A stretch of DNA of 64,000 nt from Candidatus Undinarchaeota archaeon (GCA_964519305.1 CAZFHY010000005.1:32001-96000); one strand, 5' to 3'; numbered from the stretch's first letter, positions 7,661 to 17,655 are shown. Numbers and translations are program-made. The notes: generated from the sequence alone by a model not told the origin.

Positions 7661-10542
7661 GTCGCACCTCCCGCAATCTTGCTCACTACGACCATACCCT
7701 GACCTGACTGCCCTGAGGTAATGGGGAGGCTCTGACACCTCACACCGATGGTACCCATCCCCTTGAACACGAGATCGAAGGGCTCGGTCCGTTCCATAAA
7801 GGTGATGGGGACAACTGACGATGCCAAAGGATCATATGCATCGAACCGCTTGAATCCTTTCTCACGACGTACTTCAACAAGAGAGTCCTGGCCGATGTCA
7901 AGGTCTATCGTCTCGAAGATCTCCTCTCCTATGTAGAACTGGTACTCGGTCCCTGTACCCCATTCAGTCGCAGGGAACAGGACGCTTTTACTTAGACCCG
8001 CACCGATAGGGGCCTTAAACCGTGCGTTCCAACCGTCAGCGTTGCCCCCGGTCTCACATGTGTTCTGATTCAGCCGGCTGAGGATATAGCAGGCCCCCGC
8101 TCCAGCATTGGCATCCGGATCCCAGAAGCCGTCACCCTTGGTGCATAGGCGTTCGCTGTTCAGGGAAGGATATATGCAGCGTGGCGGATCGTCCGCCGGC
8201 CACACTCCGTTGGCGGTGCAGGCCCAGAGGGACCGGTCCCCGGTCAGGACATCTGTAGGCGTCTTGCACGTACCGTCATCCGACACGACCGTGAGCACCT
8301 GCTCGTCCCTGTTGACGAAGGAGGTCCGTCGCAGTTCCCTGGGACTGTTGAGCTGCTCGGCGCCGAGCATGACTTGGCTGAAGACCGTGCTAACAGTCAG
8401 GATCACGTTCTCATCATCACCAAGACGGAACTTGTATGTCCCGGGATGCGGGAAAGGCACCTCGACCACATCGTCCGGTTCGAGGTCCAGAGAGAGTACC
8501 GGGGCCCACATCACGTTCTCATCTTCCTCGATGACGCATAGGTCCTGAGTTACCCGAAGATTATCAATACAGCCCTGCTCGTCATGCCAGTGGTAGTAAC
8601 CATCCTGCGTCCAAGTCCCGCTGGCCGACCCACATGCATCCCGGGTGAACTCACAGCTATCAGTGAAGCTATACCATGTCCCATCGGCATCCTCGCACGT
8701 CGTCGGAGTTAGCACGCATCCTAGCAGTTCCTCCCACTTGCCTCCGATGTCCTTGCACGTCTCCTCGATGAACGTGCACGAGCCGGGACCTACCTCGCAC
8801 TCCTCTTGTGAGCCCACGTCGGAGAGCGTGCAGAAATCGATGGGGAGACCCTGATCGTCCTGCGGATCGTTCCACTCACCGTTGAGTGAGCAGAGGCTCT
8901 CAGCGGTGTCTACTTCGTTGGAGCATCCATACTCCTCGGATACTACGGATGCTGACGTCACGTCGGGATTGCGGAAGACGATGACGCCGCCCACGGGTAG
9001 ATCGAGGACCGATGTTGGATCGAACATCAAAGGATGGACATCGACGTCGCGGGTATCCACATATACCTCGAGCACGTCGTCAGGAACGACATCGGGATCG
9101 CCTGCGATACTGAAGCGGTGGACGCCCGATACTGTGAAGGTCACCACGTCGCTGTCCACTCCACATGTTAGTATTTCCTCGTTCCATGCACCATCAACGT
9201 CCTCACAGTCATCGGAGGACAGGATAGCTGCAAGAACTGGGTTCTTTGGGAGGTAGATGCGGTCGTACTCGGAAACCCACCCTCCGTCGTCGCGCTCGCA
9301 GACCTCACGAGAGACAGCACGCTCGGCGATATGACAACCGGCACCGTTCACTTCTTCTCCACCACTGTCCGTGCACAGGTCGGTCACATCGCATGTGGCC
9401 GTACCGGCGTCCCACGAACCAGCGGTTCCTATGAGCACATCGCAGGCATCCTCGGTGCCTATATCAGCGAAGAACACGCACAGGTCCACGCCATCGGCCC
9501 CTGCGCCAGGTCTGTACCGTCCTGCACGGTCACGGACAAGCGCGGGATCGCCCGCCCCGCAACGGTCCTGGCTCACGGCACGATGGGGCAGGTTGCACAC
9601 GGTTCCATCGTCACCGAGGTCTACGATCTCCCCACCCACGGCCACGCACGGAACGCGGATATTGCACATGGGCTCATCGCCTTCGACCCACTCCCCGCCC
9701 ATGGTCTCGCACGATTCCTGCGTATCGAGACCGTCGAAGAACACGCACAGGTTACCGGCTTCGCCCGCTTGCATGTAAGTCCCCTGGAGCCCGCACATGG
9801 GCTCGCTGTCGCCGTAGTCGCTTGAACACTTGCCACTTTCGGACACGATCCTGATGCCGCAGGAGCCGCTCTCGTCATGCCAGGCACCCCCTGCATCACG
9901 ACAGGCAACCGGCGTCATATCGCAGCCGCCGAGATCGTTGTTCCACACACCATGCCCATTCCCACACCCTGTCCGGGCAAGCTCGCATGTGTTATCAGCC
10001 TCTGTCCATGTGCCGCCCGCGGCACGACACTCGTCCTCAGCGAGGGTGCAGTCCAAAGGATCCCCCTCCCAGGCACCGCCTGCGACAAGGCATGCACGCT
10101 CGGCGAGCTCGCAGACACCGTCTGCACCGTTCCACGTTCCCCCCGCGCCAACCTCGCACGCCGCTTCGGTATCAAGGTCGGCGAACCAGTCGTGGCTCTC
10201 GATGATGACACGGTCGTTCAAAGATAGATCCGTGATCCGTGCTGGCCAGAACCCTTCACGCAGTAGCTGGACATTTCGTACCTTGGCCGTTGCGTGTATG
10301 CGTGTATATGGAGCCGCGGGGACCTTCACTTGGACCATGTCGGGGGTCGCTGGTTCACACACGGTCTCGATCGCCGAAGCGAGCTCGTACCCCATGGCGG
10401 TCATCTTCTTCTCGTCTGCGAGGCGGTCGAAGGAGATGTACTTGAGCTGTGCCTGATAGAGCACGTAGCCGAACACCATGAATATGGCAGTGGCAAGGAC
10501 CATGAACTCCAGTGCGACCTGACCTCGGAAGCGCCTCCTCAC
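7657..10542 (-). CDS. Giant (~961 aa) pilin-like adhesin with about 20 Cys/Trp repeats and two cupredoxin-like domains
   Basis: GTG start in a GTGA overlap with GAGGTG RBS; RFRG/QVALEFMVLATAIF class III signal; tandem C-x-x-x-GGxW-x(n)-C repeats. Confidence 0.8.
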   Translation of the reverse strand: MRRRFRGQVALEFMVLATAIFMVFGYVLYQAQLKYISFDRLADEKKMTAMGYELASAIETVCEPATPDMVQVKVPAAPYTRIHATAKVRNVQLLREGFWPARITDLSLNDRVIIESHDWFADLDTEAACEVGAGGTWNGADGVCELAERACLVAGGAWEGDPLDCTLAEDECRAAGGTWTEADNTCELARTGCGNGHGVWNNDLGGCDMTPVACRDAGGAWHDESGSCGIRIVSESGKCSSDYGDSEPMCGLQGTYMQAGEAGNLCVFFDGLDTQESCETMGGEWVEGDEPMCNIRVPCVAVGGEIVDLGDDGTVCNLPHRAVSQDRCGAGDPALVRDRAGRYRPGAGADGVDLCVFFADIGTEDACDVLIGTAGSWDAGTATCDVTDLCTDSGGEEVNGAGCHIAERAVSREVCERDDGGWVSEYDRIYLPKNPVLAAILSSDDCEDVDGAWNEEILTCGVDSDVVTFTVSGVHRFSIAGDPDVVPDDVLEVYVDTRDVDVHPLMFDPTSVLDLPVGGVIVFRNPDVTSASVVSEEYGCSNEVDTAESLCSLNGEWNDPQDDQGLPIDFCTLSDVGSQEECEVGPGSCTFIEETCKDIGGKWEELLGCVLTPTTCEDADGTWYSFTDSCEFTRDACGSASGTWTQDGYYHWHDEQGCIDNLRVTQDLCVIEEDENVMWAPVLSLDLEPDDVVEVPFPHPGTYKFRLGDDENVILTVSTVFSQVMLGAEQLNSPRELRRTSFVNRDEQVLTVVSDDGTCKTPTDVLTGDRSLWACTANGVWPADDPPRCIYPSLNSERLCTKGDGFWDPDANAGAGACYILSRLNQNTCETGGNADGWNARFKAPIGAGLSKSVLFPATEWGTGTEYQFYIGEEIFETIDLDIGQDSLVEVRREKGFKRFDAYDPLASSVVPITFMERTEPFDLVFKGMGTIGVRCQSLPITSGQSGQGMVVVSKIAGGAT

Positions 10543-12233
10543 GGACAGCACCTCTTTCCGTTGCATGTGCGCATAGCGCGCCTGATGAGCGGGTATGCCC
10601 GCAGTACGCGCAGGAGACACTCGTCGTCGTCGGGACACCTTGTGAGGACCTGATACCCGGAATCGATATACGCATCGTCCGTGGCCCATTTGTGCATGAT
10701 GCTGGTGAAATTGTGGATGCCCCGCTGGTCCGGGAGGTCCTCGGCCAGTACCTGGGCAAGAGTTATTATGCTCCCGTCGGCCAGGTTGACATCGTGGTAG
10801 TCCGTAGGATAGAAATCTGTGGCTTCCATACGGCAGGCGATATTGTAGAAGGCCCATACGTCGAAATCAGCGAGATGATAGTCGCACGCAGTCTCTCCCG
10901 ATGACTGGTACTCATCGCCCACTCCCAGATGGACGGGAAGCTTCGTCACCATGTTACCATCCTCGTCAAGGAGCTCCATCTCACCGTCGTACATGGCCGT
11001 GGGTAGAAGGCTGCTCAGTCCGCTCTCCACGATGGTCTGGGAGGTGCATCGGGAGCGCATGACGACGCCCTCTGCTGCGGCGAACGTGTCGGGGTCGTTA
11101 CCGTCGATATCCGGGGAGTAAACGCATGGATAGCAGGTGTCGACGGGGTATATCTCGTCGTAATCGTTCCTACCGGGCGAACACGCTCCGCAGGGTGTTC
11201 CTTCTGCCTCCTCTGGCTCCTGGACTCCGCTGTAGAGACCGTACCAGCTCTGAGGATAGGTGCGTCCCGTATCCTCGTCCACAGCGAAGAAACCATCGAT
11301 GTACTCGTCATGGTCAGGGTCCGTGTACCGCGAGCATGTGTTGCTTATATGGACCCCGAACGTCCGGCGAAGGATATCCCGCGGGTCCGGTGGTTCTGCT
11401 CCTTCTTCAGCTTCCCCCCCATCGAGCTCACAGAACTCCTCGAAGGAATGGCCTCGAGGTATACCATATGGGCCGAGCGTCGTATGGTCACTGAGCACGC
11501 ACATCCCGAGCTCCACTGCTGCACAGAGCGACCGGGCAGGACCGCAGGCCTTCCCCGCCTCCCGTGCGTACGTGGCGAGGTTCTGCATGTCCACCGCATA
11601 GTCGAGGTTGACGTCCGGCAGCTCCATATCACAGCACCCGAGGTTGTACCCCGTCTGGATAATGAAGGTACCGAACTGCTCGATATCGATCTCTTCAAGT
11701 GTGAGCACGGGCTCGGGATCGGTCTCGGGCGGTGGTGGATCGCCCGGTTCGGTAGGTGCTGCAGCGTCGTCGGATGGTTCGAACCGTAGCCTCAGCCGCG
11801 ACATGGTCCTGAGACGAGCGGCCATCTTACCCTTCCAATCGTCATCACCGGGACCATCGATCAAGGGGGGATATTGGGCACGGACGGCTCCGATGACGGG
11901 CGAGTTTTGACTGGGACAGTTCGTCCCAGTATTCATGAGATCAAATCGATTATTGAGCATGAGTTGCAGGTCCACGATACTGTGGCCGAAGAGCTCGCCA
12001 GGCACTCCGCTCCAAGCACCGACAGCAGCATATCCGCCATCGACGAGCCCTATCTCGAGGGCGGTCTTGTGATACCGGAGGAGATTGATGGCAGCGCGCT
12101 CTTCAAGGTCGATGGTGGCCCGCGCCGAGCGTGCCTGGTTGATCGTAGCTACTTCCAGGACACCGTACGCGATGACGATGAATATAGCCAGAGATATGAA
12201 CCCCTGCTGCTCACGTCGGTCTACTCGCGCCAT
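10539..12233 (-). CDS. Large acidic Cys-rich pilin-like protein (probable class III signal peptide)
   Basis: MARVDRREQQG/FISLAIFIVIAYGVL; translationally coupled within the operon. Confidence 0.7.
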   Translation of the reverse strand: MARVDRREQQGFISLAIFIVIAYGVLEVATINQARSARATIDLEERAAINLLRYHKTALEIGLVDGGYAAVGAWSGVPGELFGHSIVDLQLMLNNRFDLMNTGTNCPSQNSPVIGAVRAQYPPLIDGPGDDDWKGKMAARLRTMSRLRLRFEPSDDAAAPTEPGDPPPPETDPEPVLTLEEIDIEQFGTFIIQTGYNLGCCDMELPDVNLDYAVDMQNLATYAREAGKACGPARSLCAAVELGMCVLSDHTTLGPYGIPRGHSFEEFCELDGGEAEEGAEPPDPRDILRRTFGVHISNTCSRYTDPDHDEYIDGFFAVDEDTGRTYPQSWYGLYSGVQEPEEAEGTPCGACSPGRNDYDEIYPVDTCYPCVYSPDIDGNDPDTFAAAEGVVMRSRCTSQTIVESGLSSLLPTAMYDGEMELLDEDGNMVTKLPVHLGVGDEYQSSGETACDYHLADFDVWAFYNIACRMEATDFYPTDYHDVNLADGSIITLAQVLAEDLPDQRGIHNFTSIMHKWATDDAYIDSGYQVLTRCPDDDECLLRVLRAYPLIRRAMRTCNGKRCCP

Positions 12234-13522
12234 ACGCACACCTTCACCGTGACGATCTGCGGACAAGCCAGGGGTTGGACCTGTGGTGAATCGAGGGCTT
12301 CACCGCAACTGTTCCGGTCCAGATTGAGCCCGCACAGCATCACCTCTCGCTCCACACAGTACACGGTCCTTGGGGGTATTTGCTCAGGGATGTGGCAGGA
12401 GCAGAAGAAGCCGAAAGGATTGTCGCAGTCGTTACTGGGATCGTCATCGTACCTACTGTTGTCGAAGCATCGTCGGAACTTGATGAACCGGGAAGGATCG
12501 TCATCGTCAGTGATATCATTAATGCCATTAGGCAGGTTGAGTACGGTATCGATTATGTCCCTAGAGTGGTCCGCTATACTCTCTGCGCCTTCCAACGCTT
12601 CTCTTACAGTGCGCGCAGCATAGGTACGGGGTGTCGGCGGATTCGCCTCGGGAGGATCCTTCTCGGGAGGGAACACCTCGGGGAAGAGCTTTGGCAATAG
12701 CCGATCCAGCTCGCGGTCCTCGGCCATCTGGTCAGGCGTCGCTAGTTCAGGATTGTCCGCGAAAAAGTTGATACCATAGGTGCTCACATACCTGATGGTG
12801 GGATCCTCGGCGTCCTCGTTGATACTCTGTTCGAACCGTCCGAGGCTGGGCGGGTCCATGCGCCATTCGGTGGCGTAGCCCAGGGGGGGATCTGGTGTAC
12901 AGTCATCACTGGTCGTGATGGTCATGAGAACGCATTCTCCTTCACCGGCGTCCCACGCGGCACCGTTGGCGTCGTAGGGTGGGACCTCGCAGGTCCCAAG
13001 ATCGATCACGTCCGCTTCCGTGACCACGCATCGCGGATTCGGGTCCTCAATCTCAACGAGGTCCTGGCGGGCATAGCCGAGGTACTGCTGGAACGCACCT
13101 GCCCGTGCGTCATCGATCTCTCCTGCATCGATGGCCTCGCGATTGGACTCGTACCACGCAGCGTAGCTCATACCGCCAGCACCGTCGTCCACCGCATCCG
13201 GCAGCAACCCCAGTAGCCACGGGTCCTCGTACTGAATATAGAACCGATACGCCGGGTACATACCGGCGATCGTGTCCAGTGCCATGCTCCCGCAGCTGCG
13301 TTCGGGCGGGAACGCGAATGGGCAGCTCTGGACATGCTCGGCCGACTGGCTGCAGGCGTTGATTATGTCATGGGCAAGACGCTGGGCGTTGAGCGCCTCT
13401 GCGTTGGGATAAGGAAAGTGATGGACCGCGACCGACGATAGGATGAGCACCGATAGCGTCATGGTGAGAAGGGCGTCCATCGTGAATATGAATCCCGCAC
13501 GCTCACGTCGCTCCACGTTCAC
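12221..13522 (-). CDS. Pilin-like protein (class III signal peptide) with a Cys/Trp module
   Basis: RRERAG/FIFTMDALLTMTLSVLIL; C-terminal 'VTVKVCVWRE'; GTGA overlap. Confidence 0.8.
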   Translation of the reverse strand: MNVERRERAGFIFTMDALLTMTLSVLILSSVAVHHFPYPNAEALNAQRLAHDIINACSQSAEHVQSCPFAFPPERSCGSMALDTIAGMYPAYRFYIQYEDPWLLGLLPDAVDDGAGGMSYAAWYESNREAIDAGEIDDARAGAFQQYLGYARQDLVEIEDPNPRCVVTEADVIDLGTCEVPPYDANGAAWDAGEGECVLMTITTSDDCTPDPPLGYATEWRMDPPSLGRFEQSINEDAEDPTIRYVSTYGINFFADNPELATPDQMAEDRELDRLLPKLFPEVFPPEKDPPEANPPTPRTYAARTVREALEGAESIADHSRDIIDTVLNLPNGINDITDDDDPSRFIKFRRCFDNSRYDDDPSNDCDNPFGFFCSCHIPEQIPPRTVYCVEREVMLCGLNLDRNSCGEALDSPQVQPLACPQIVTVKVCVWRE

Positions 13523-16500
13523 TCTTCCTCCTCCTCCTCTTCAGGAATGGGTACTATCAGAGCGCTGTCCAGCTCCTCCAGCGTTGGTGGTGGGTCCACA
13601 GGCGTAAGACAGGATGTGAAGCCGATGGAGTTGAAGAAATTATTACATAAGGAGGTCGAGATCGGCTCACGGACGGTGCAGTACGTCTCCATGTTCTCGC
13701 GCATGGAGATAGCCAGGTCCGCCAGCGGTGCGAAGCTGTTCTCGCCGTCCTCGTACGAGCACTCGAGCTCTGCTTGTGTCATGGGCGGGTATAGAGCACG
13801 TAGCAGGTAGTTGTCCTGATCTATACCGCACTGTGCGAGGTTCTCTGTGATCTCGCACTGGTCATCCTCATCAGGCGCCGGGTATGTGATAAGGTCATTA
13901 AAGAACACGTCCAGATCGCGTCCGAGACAGACGTTCTCCTCGCAGTCGCCGTGACCGGGAAGGGTGGCGAAGGTGGCGCACTCCTTTACGTTGTTGCACT
14001 CGCTCCCGGCCCGCTTCCCTAAGGCGCACCAGTGCGTGTTGACACCAGCAGTGGGATCGGGCTCTTCAGGGTTCAGGCAATAATAGGGTGTGGGGAACGA
14101 GCCGTCGTTGATGGCGGTCGCGTACTGGTCAGCGAGCCAGTAGCAGCAGTCATTGGCCGGCAGCTCGGACGTCGGCGCATCAGGATCATCACTACATATC
14201 ATCAGGTCCGATACGGTCCCCGTCAGATCATCGAACACCAGATCCCAGCCATCACCTAGAGCGTAGAGGATGGTCACCTTGCTGAGCGCCGATGTGTCGA
14301 TCGTTAAATCACAATCTCTAGAGGCCTGGTCCAGTTCGACGTTGCAATAATCGATTGCGTTAGGGAACCATCCGTCTGTGAGAGACAATGAGACACCGTC
14401 CTCGGTGCAGATGTCGCGGTCCCCGTTGTCGCAGACCACATCACCGTCATATACGGCAATGAACGAGTGGTAATCCCTGTCGATGGCCGGTTCGGACGTG
14501 ATCGTTGCTGTTAATTGGAATGAATTCGTGTTAGTGACATCGAACTCCTTTACAGCGACACCGGTCCACTGGGCCGACATATGCTCGCACTTCAATCGTA
14601 TCTCTGACCTTATTGCCAGGTTGCCCCAGGAGTTGCAGGGATAGGAAGCATCGGCACCGAAGTAGACATCGAAATCCGTCAGGTCAGGATAGGAGCAACC
14701 CTCAACGCCCACGCTGTCGCAGCATGAGAAGGGCGGGGGCTGTACCATGTGGCCCTCGCAAATGGCGGTCTCGTCACAGTCCTCCGCGGGCAGGAACAGG
14801 GCGTGAGTGCATCCCTGGAAGCAGTTATCTGCAAGGTCGTCAAGGTCCCGGCATTGCGTATCGGGGCAATCGGACCCGGGACAGTCCGGATCGAAGCAGT
14901 CGGTGGCCACGCAGTCGGCGTTCGGGTCGTCCAGGTCATCAGTGAGACTGAACACACGACAGAACTTGCAATGATCCGCCTCCGAGCCGGGACAGCACAT
15001 CCCCAGATCGAGGTCGATGCACATGGATGATCCATCGCACTGATGGGTCCGGTTCCCTTCGTCCCCCCACCGCTCAGCAAGTTCCTGCTGGAACAGACTG
15101 TCGTCTATCGAGTCCGGTGCCCATGGATCGTTCACGGGATCGGGCGCCATGGCGTTCATCTCATCTGAGTAAGGAGCGCGAATGACATATGGCAGGTCAG
15201 TTTCCTGGCACGCGTAGACACGGGGAAGCTCGTCCTCGTCGGTCCCGAGGATCGTCCGCGTCACGATTTCCAGGGTCTCAAGGAACTCAGTAGCACAGCA
15301 CTGGCCGTCCTCACCCGGGAGCCCGTCATCGATCTCCTCGGCGATGAGCGTGGCATTGAGATTCACGTAATACGATTCTTTCTGAGCCCGGTACGTTGGG
15401 TCCAGAGGGTCCCCTCCTGCGTCAGCAAGGACCTGAAGGGTGACGTCCTCGAACTCCTGTGGATGGACGCAGGAATACCACGCTCCGCCCATGCAGTAGT
15501 GGTAGCGATAATCACGGTCATCGTTCCATCCAAAACCCGGTGGGTCCTCGTCTATGCGGCCATCGCCATCGTCATCTACATCGTTGTCGGGGTCCTCATC
15601 GTAGAGCGGGAATATCGCGGTCCCCGCGAGCGTGTCTTGGACGCCATTGGCCCCATCGCTCAGGACCTCTTCTGTCCCATCATAAAGTCCGTTATCCCCG
15701 TCATCGGTGGCGAATATCTCGTCCACGCCAGGATCGAAAACTTCTGCCGTCCCCCCTGGTTCGTCTCCGAAGTAATCGGTATCTGCGGGACCGAACACGT
15801 CCGCTATGTTCTGCGTGAGCGTCGTGTCCGGGAGGCACATGGGCAGCGGATCGCCGAACCACTCCACATCGAAAGCGAGCCCGGCGCAGTCATCCTCGAC
15901 AATAATCCCCGGGACCACGCAGTGCAGGAAGCCTGCATCCCACTGGCCATCGTAGGGTGCGCTCTCACAGGTCTCCCGGTCCTCGACGGCCTCGGTGTCC
16001 GCGAGGATGCAGCGGGGATCGGGGTCCGCGCACGTGAACTGTAGCAGCCGGAGATGGTCGGGATCGGTATAGGCGTCCAGAGAACTGTTCCACGAGCAGC
16101 GGGAGAACCCACCACATCCCACGTCTTGTCGATCGCATGTCGCGGTATGTGCATCGGCATCGTAATTGCATCGCTGGACGCGCCACACGCTGTTCTCCTC
16201 CGCGTCCAGCCGGCACCGGTCGCAGTTCTTGCTGAACGTATCAGCACCCTCAGCGTCAAGCATTACGCGACATTCATCGAGATCGTCGGGATCGTTGTCA
16301 GGATCGTTGCATGCGTAGTGCCACTGAGCATCCTCCAAACACTCGTCCTCGACCTCTAGGTCCTCAGGGAGCGGGAGGGGCTCGTCCGAGCAAACGACGG
16401 AGCCCGAGGCCATTTCGACATCACATCGTGCGTCCCGGGCAACGCCGCTGATAGAGCAGTACTGACAGGTAATACCGCCGTTCTCGCCCTCCAAGTCTTC

Positions 16501-17655
16501 GATGCATGCATTCTCGATGGCCGGGGCACCGGGAGGCGGTCCTAGAGCCGGTGGATCACCGGACTCGACGAGATAGCACTGGGTCTCGGGTGCAACAATT
16601 TCCGGTAGCGGATCGCAGGTGATAGGGTCGCCGTACGCAGCGGGCATCACGCACCTGCGAGTCTCGCCAACAGCGAATCGCGCGTTATCTACATCGTTGA
16701 TGCAGCGTGAGCACTGGATGGATCCGCCGTCCTGCGAACCGCACTGGAAGGTAGTCTGTCCTTCGGCGAGCTCGGGGAGGCAGTCGCCCGATTCCGCTGA
16801 TTCGTCACAAGTAGCCTGACCGTCCTGCCTCGTGCAACCCGAGGTCACGATACTACCATCGCTCTCGCAGAACTCACAGTTGATGTCTTCGGCGTTAGTT
16901 GCGTCACATGCCGCTTCCAGCGGTGCGTTCCCGGAGTAGCATGAGTCGGTGGATTGCTGGCACTTGTGCAGGTTGCCATTGCACCGGGCCTGCACTGCTT
17001 CCACGCCTTCATCGACGCTGCACAGGTCACAGTAGACTATGTTGTTATCAACGTCCACCTGACAGGGATTCGCGTCCGGATTGCAGTCCTTCTGCAGCTC
17101 CCCGACCGCCGTGAATACCTTACCTGTGACATCGGACACCAGACAAGTGTCCGCCATCAGCTTGCCTGTCACGTCGCAGTAAAAGCAAAGCCGCTTGTCC
17201 TCGTCCCCGCCGCTACAGGCCACGGCCGCGTCAACGGGGCCGGTGTAGTACTGCACCTGGTCCTCGATGCACTGGCGGGCCTGAGCATCGCACCTGCGCC
17301 GCTGGACAGCACCTGTATCCAGGCACGCCTCCTCGCAGTAGGCGCTCCCAGTGCCCGAGTCCCGCTTGCACGATTCCGCGAATCCGCAGTCGGTCGTGAC
17401 GGGTGGTGAACAGCCACACGTGCCATCACCCTCGTTTATGACACAATCCCATTCATTGAGGACACCGTCCAGCGTGCATCCCGCACAGGTGATCGGTGGG
17501 CCGACGTCGTAGTCACAGGTTACGGGATTACCGTCGACCAGCTGGATAGTGTTCCCCTGACCGAGAACGCATGCCGCGCTGGCAGGTGTGAGGATAATCA
17601 GAAATAGTAGAAGTAGGGTGATGACTGGCGAATCTCGCACGCCATCACCCTTCAT
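13519..17655 (-). CDS. Giant (~1380 aa) Sec-secreted, extremely Cys- and Asp/Glu-rich protein; putative adhesin or pilus-associated scaffold
   Basis: Signal peptide VITLLLLFLIILTPASA/AC (start 17655, or GTG 17640); very high Cys density; DxDxDG motif; poly-E tail; no C-terminal TM. Confidence 0.75.
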   Translation of the reverse strand: MKGDGVRDSPVITLLLLFLIILTPASAACVLGQGNTIQLVDGNPVTCDYDVGPPITCAGCTLDGVLNEWDCVINEGDGTCGCSPPVTTDCGFAESCKRDSGTGSAYCEEACLDTGAVQRRRCDAQARQCIEDQVQYYTGPVDAAVACSGGDEDKRLCFYCDVTGKLMADTCLVSDVTGKVFTAVGELQKDCNPDANPCQVDVDNNIVYCDLCSVDEGVEAVQARCNGNLHKCQQSTDSCYSGNAPLEAACDATNAEDINCEFCESDGSIVTSGCTRQDGQATCDESAESGDCLPELAEGQTTFQCGSQDGGSIQCSRCINDVDNARFAVGETRRCVMPAAYGDPITCDPLPEIVAPETQCYLVESGDPPALGPPPGAPAIENACIEDLEGENGGITCQYCSISGVARDARCDVEMASGSVVCSDEPLPLPEDLEVEDECLEDAQWHYACNDPDNDPDDLDECRVMLDAEGADTFSKNCDRCRLDAEENSVWRVQRCNYDADAHTATCDRQDVGCGGFSRCSWNSSLDAYTDPDHLRLLQFTCADPDPRCILADTEAVEDRETCESAPYDGQWDAGFLHCVVPGIIVEDDCAGLAFDVEWFGDPLPMCLPDTTLTQNIADVFGPADTDYFGDEPGGTAEVFDPGVDEIFATDDGDNGLYDGTEEVLSDGANGVQDTLAGTAIFPLYDEDPDNDVDDDGDGRIDEDPPGFGWNDDRDYRYHYCMGGAWYSCVHPQEFEDVTLQVLADAGGDPLDPTYRAQKESYYVNLNATLIAEEIDDGLPGEDGQCCATEFLETLEIVTRTILGTDEDELPRVYACQETDLPYVIRAPYSDEMNAMAPDPVNDPWAPDSIDDSLFQQELAERWGDEGNRTHQCDGSSMCIDLDLGMCCPGSEADHCKFCRVFSLTDDLDDPNADCVATDCFDPDCPGSDCPDTQCRDLDDLADNCFQGCTHALFLPAEDCDETAICEGHMVQPPPFSCCDSVGVEGCSYPDLTDFDVYFGADASYPCNSWGNLAIRSEIRLKCEHMSAQWTGVAVKEFDVTNTNSFQLTATITSEPAIDRDYHSFIAVYDGDVVCDNGDRDICTEDGVSLSLTDGWFPNAIDYCNVELDQASRDCDLTIDTSALSKVTILYALGDGWDLVFDDLTGTVSDLMICSDDPDAPTSELPANDCCYWLADQYATAINDGSFPTPYYCLNPEEPDPTAGVNTHWCALGKRAGSECNNVKECATFATLPGHGDCEENVCLGRDLDVFFNDLITYPAPDEDDQCEITENLAQCGIDQDNYLLRALYPPMTQAELECSYEDGENSFAPLADLAISMRENMETYCTVREPISTSLCNNFFNSIGFTSCLTPVDPPPTLEELDSALIVPIPEEEEEEE

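Noticed and set aside
7657-10542. Repeat arrays as CRISPR or as DGR template/variable repeats
   Set aside because: Repeats are in-frame protein repeats diverged at the DNA level; no identical direct repeats with spacers, no reverse transcriptase and no cas genes in the window
10543-10857. N-terminal extensions in the ORF track (e.g. starts at 10857, 17835, 32877, 43026, 58919) and the many antisense ORFs
   Set aside because: They overlap neighbouring real genes; RBS, stop/start coupling and signal peptides support shorter starts; shadow ORFs are expected at high GC
13519-17655. Multiheme cytochrome or Fe-S nanowire interpretation of the many CxxC pairs
   Set aside because: No CxxCH motifs and no ferredoxin CxxCxxCxxxC pattern; Sec export points to disulfides
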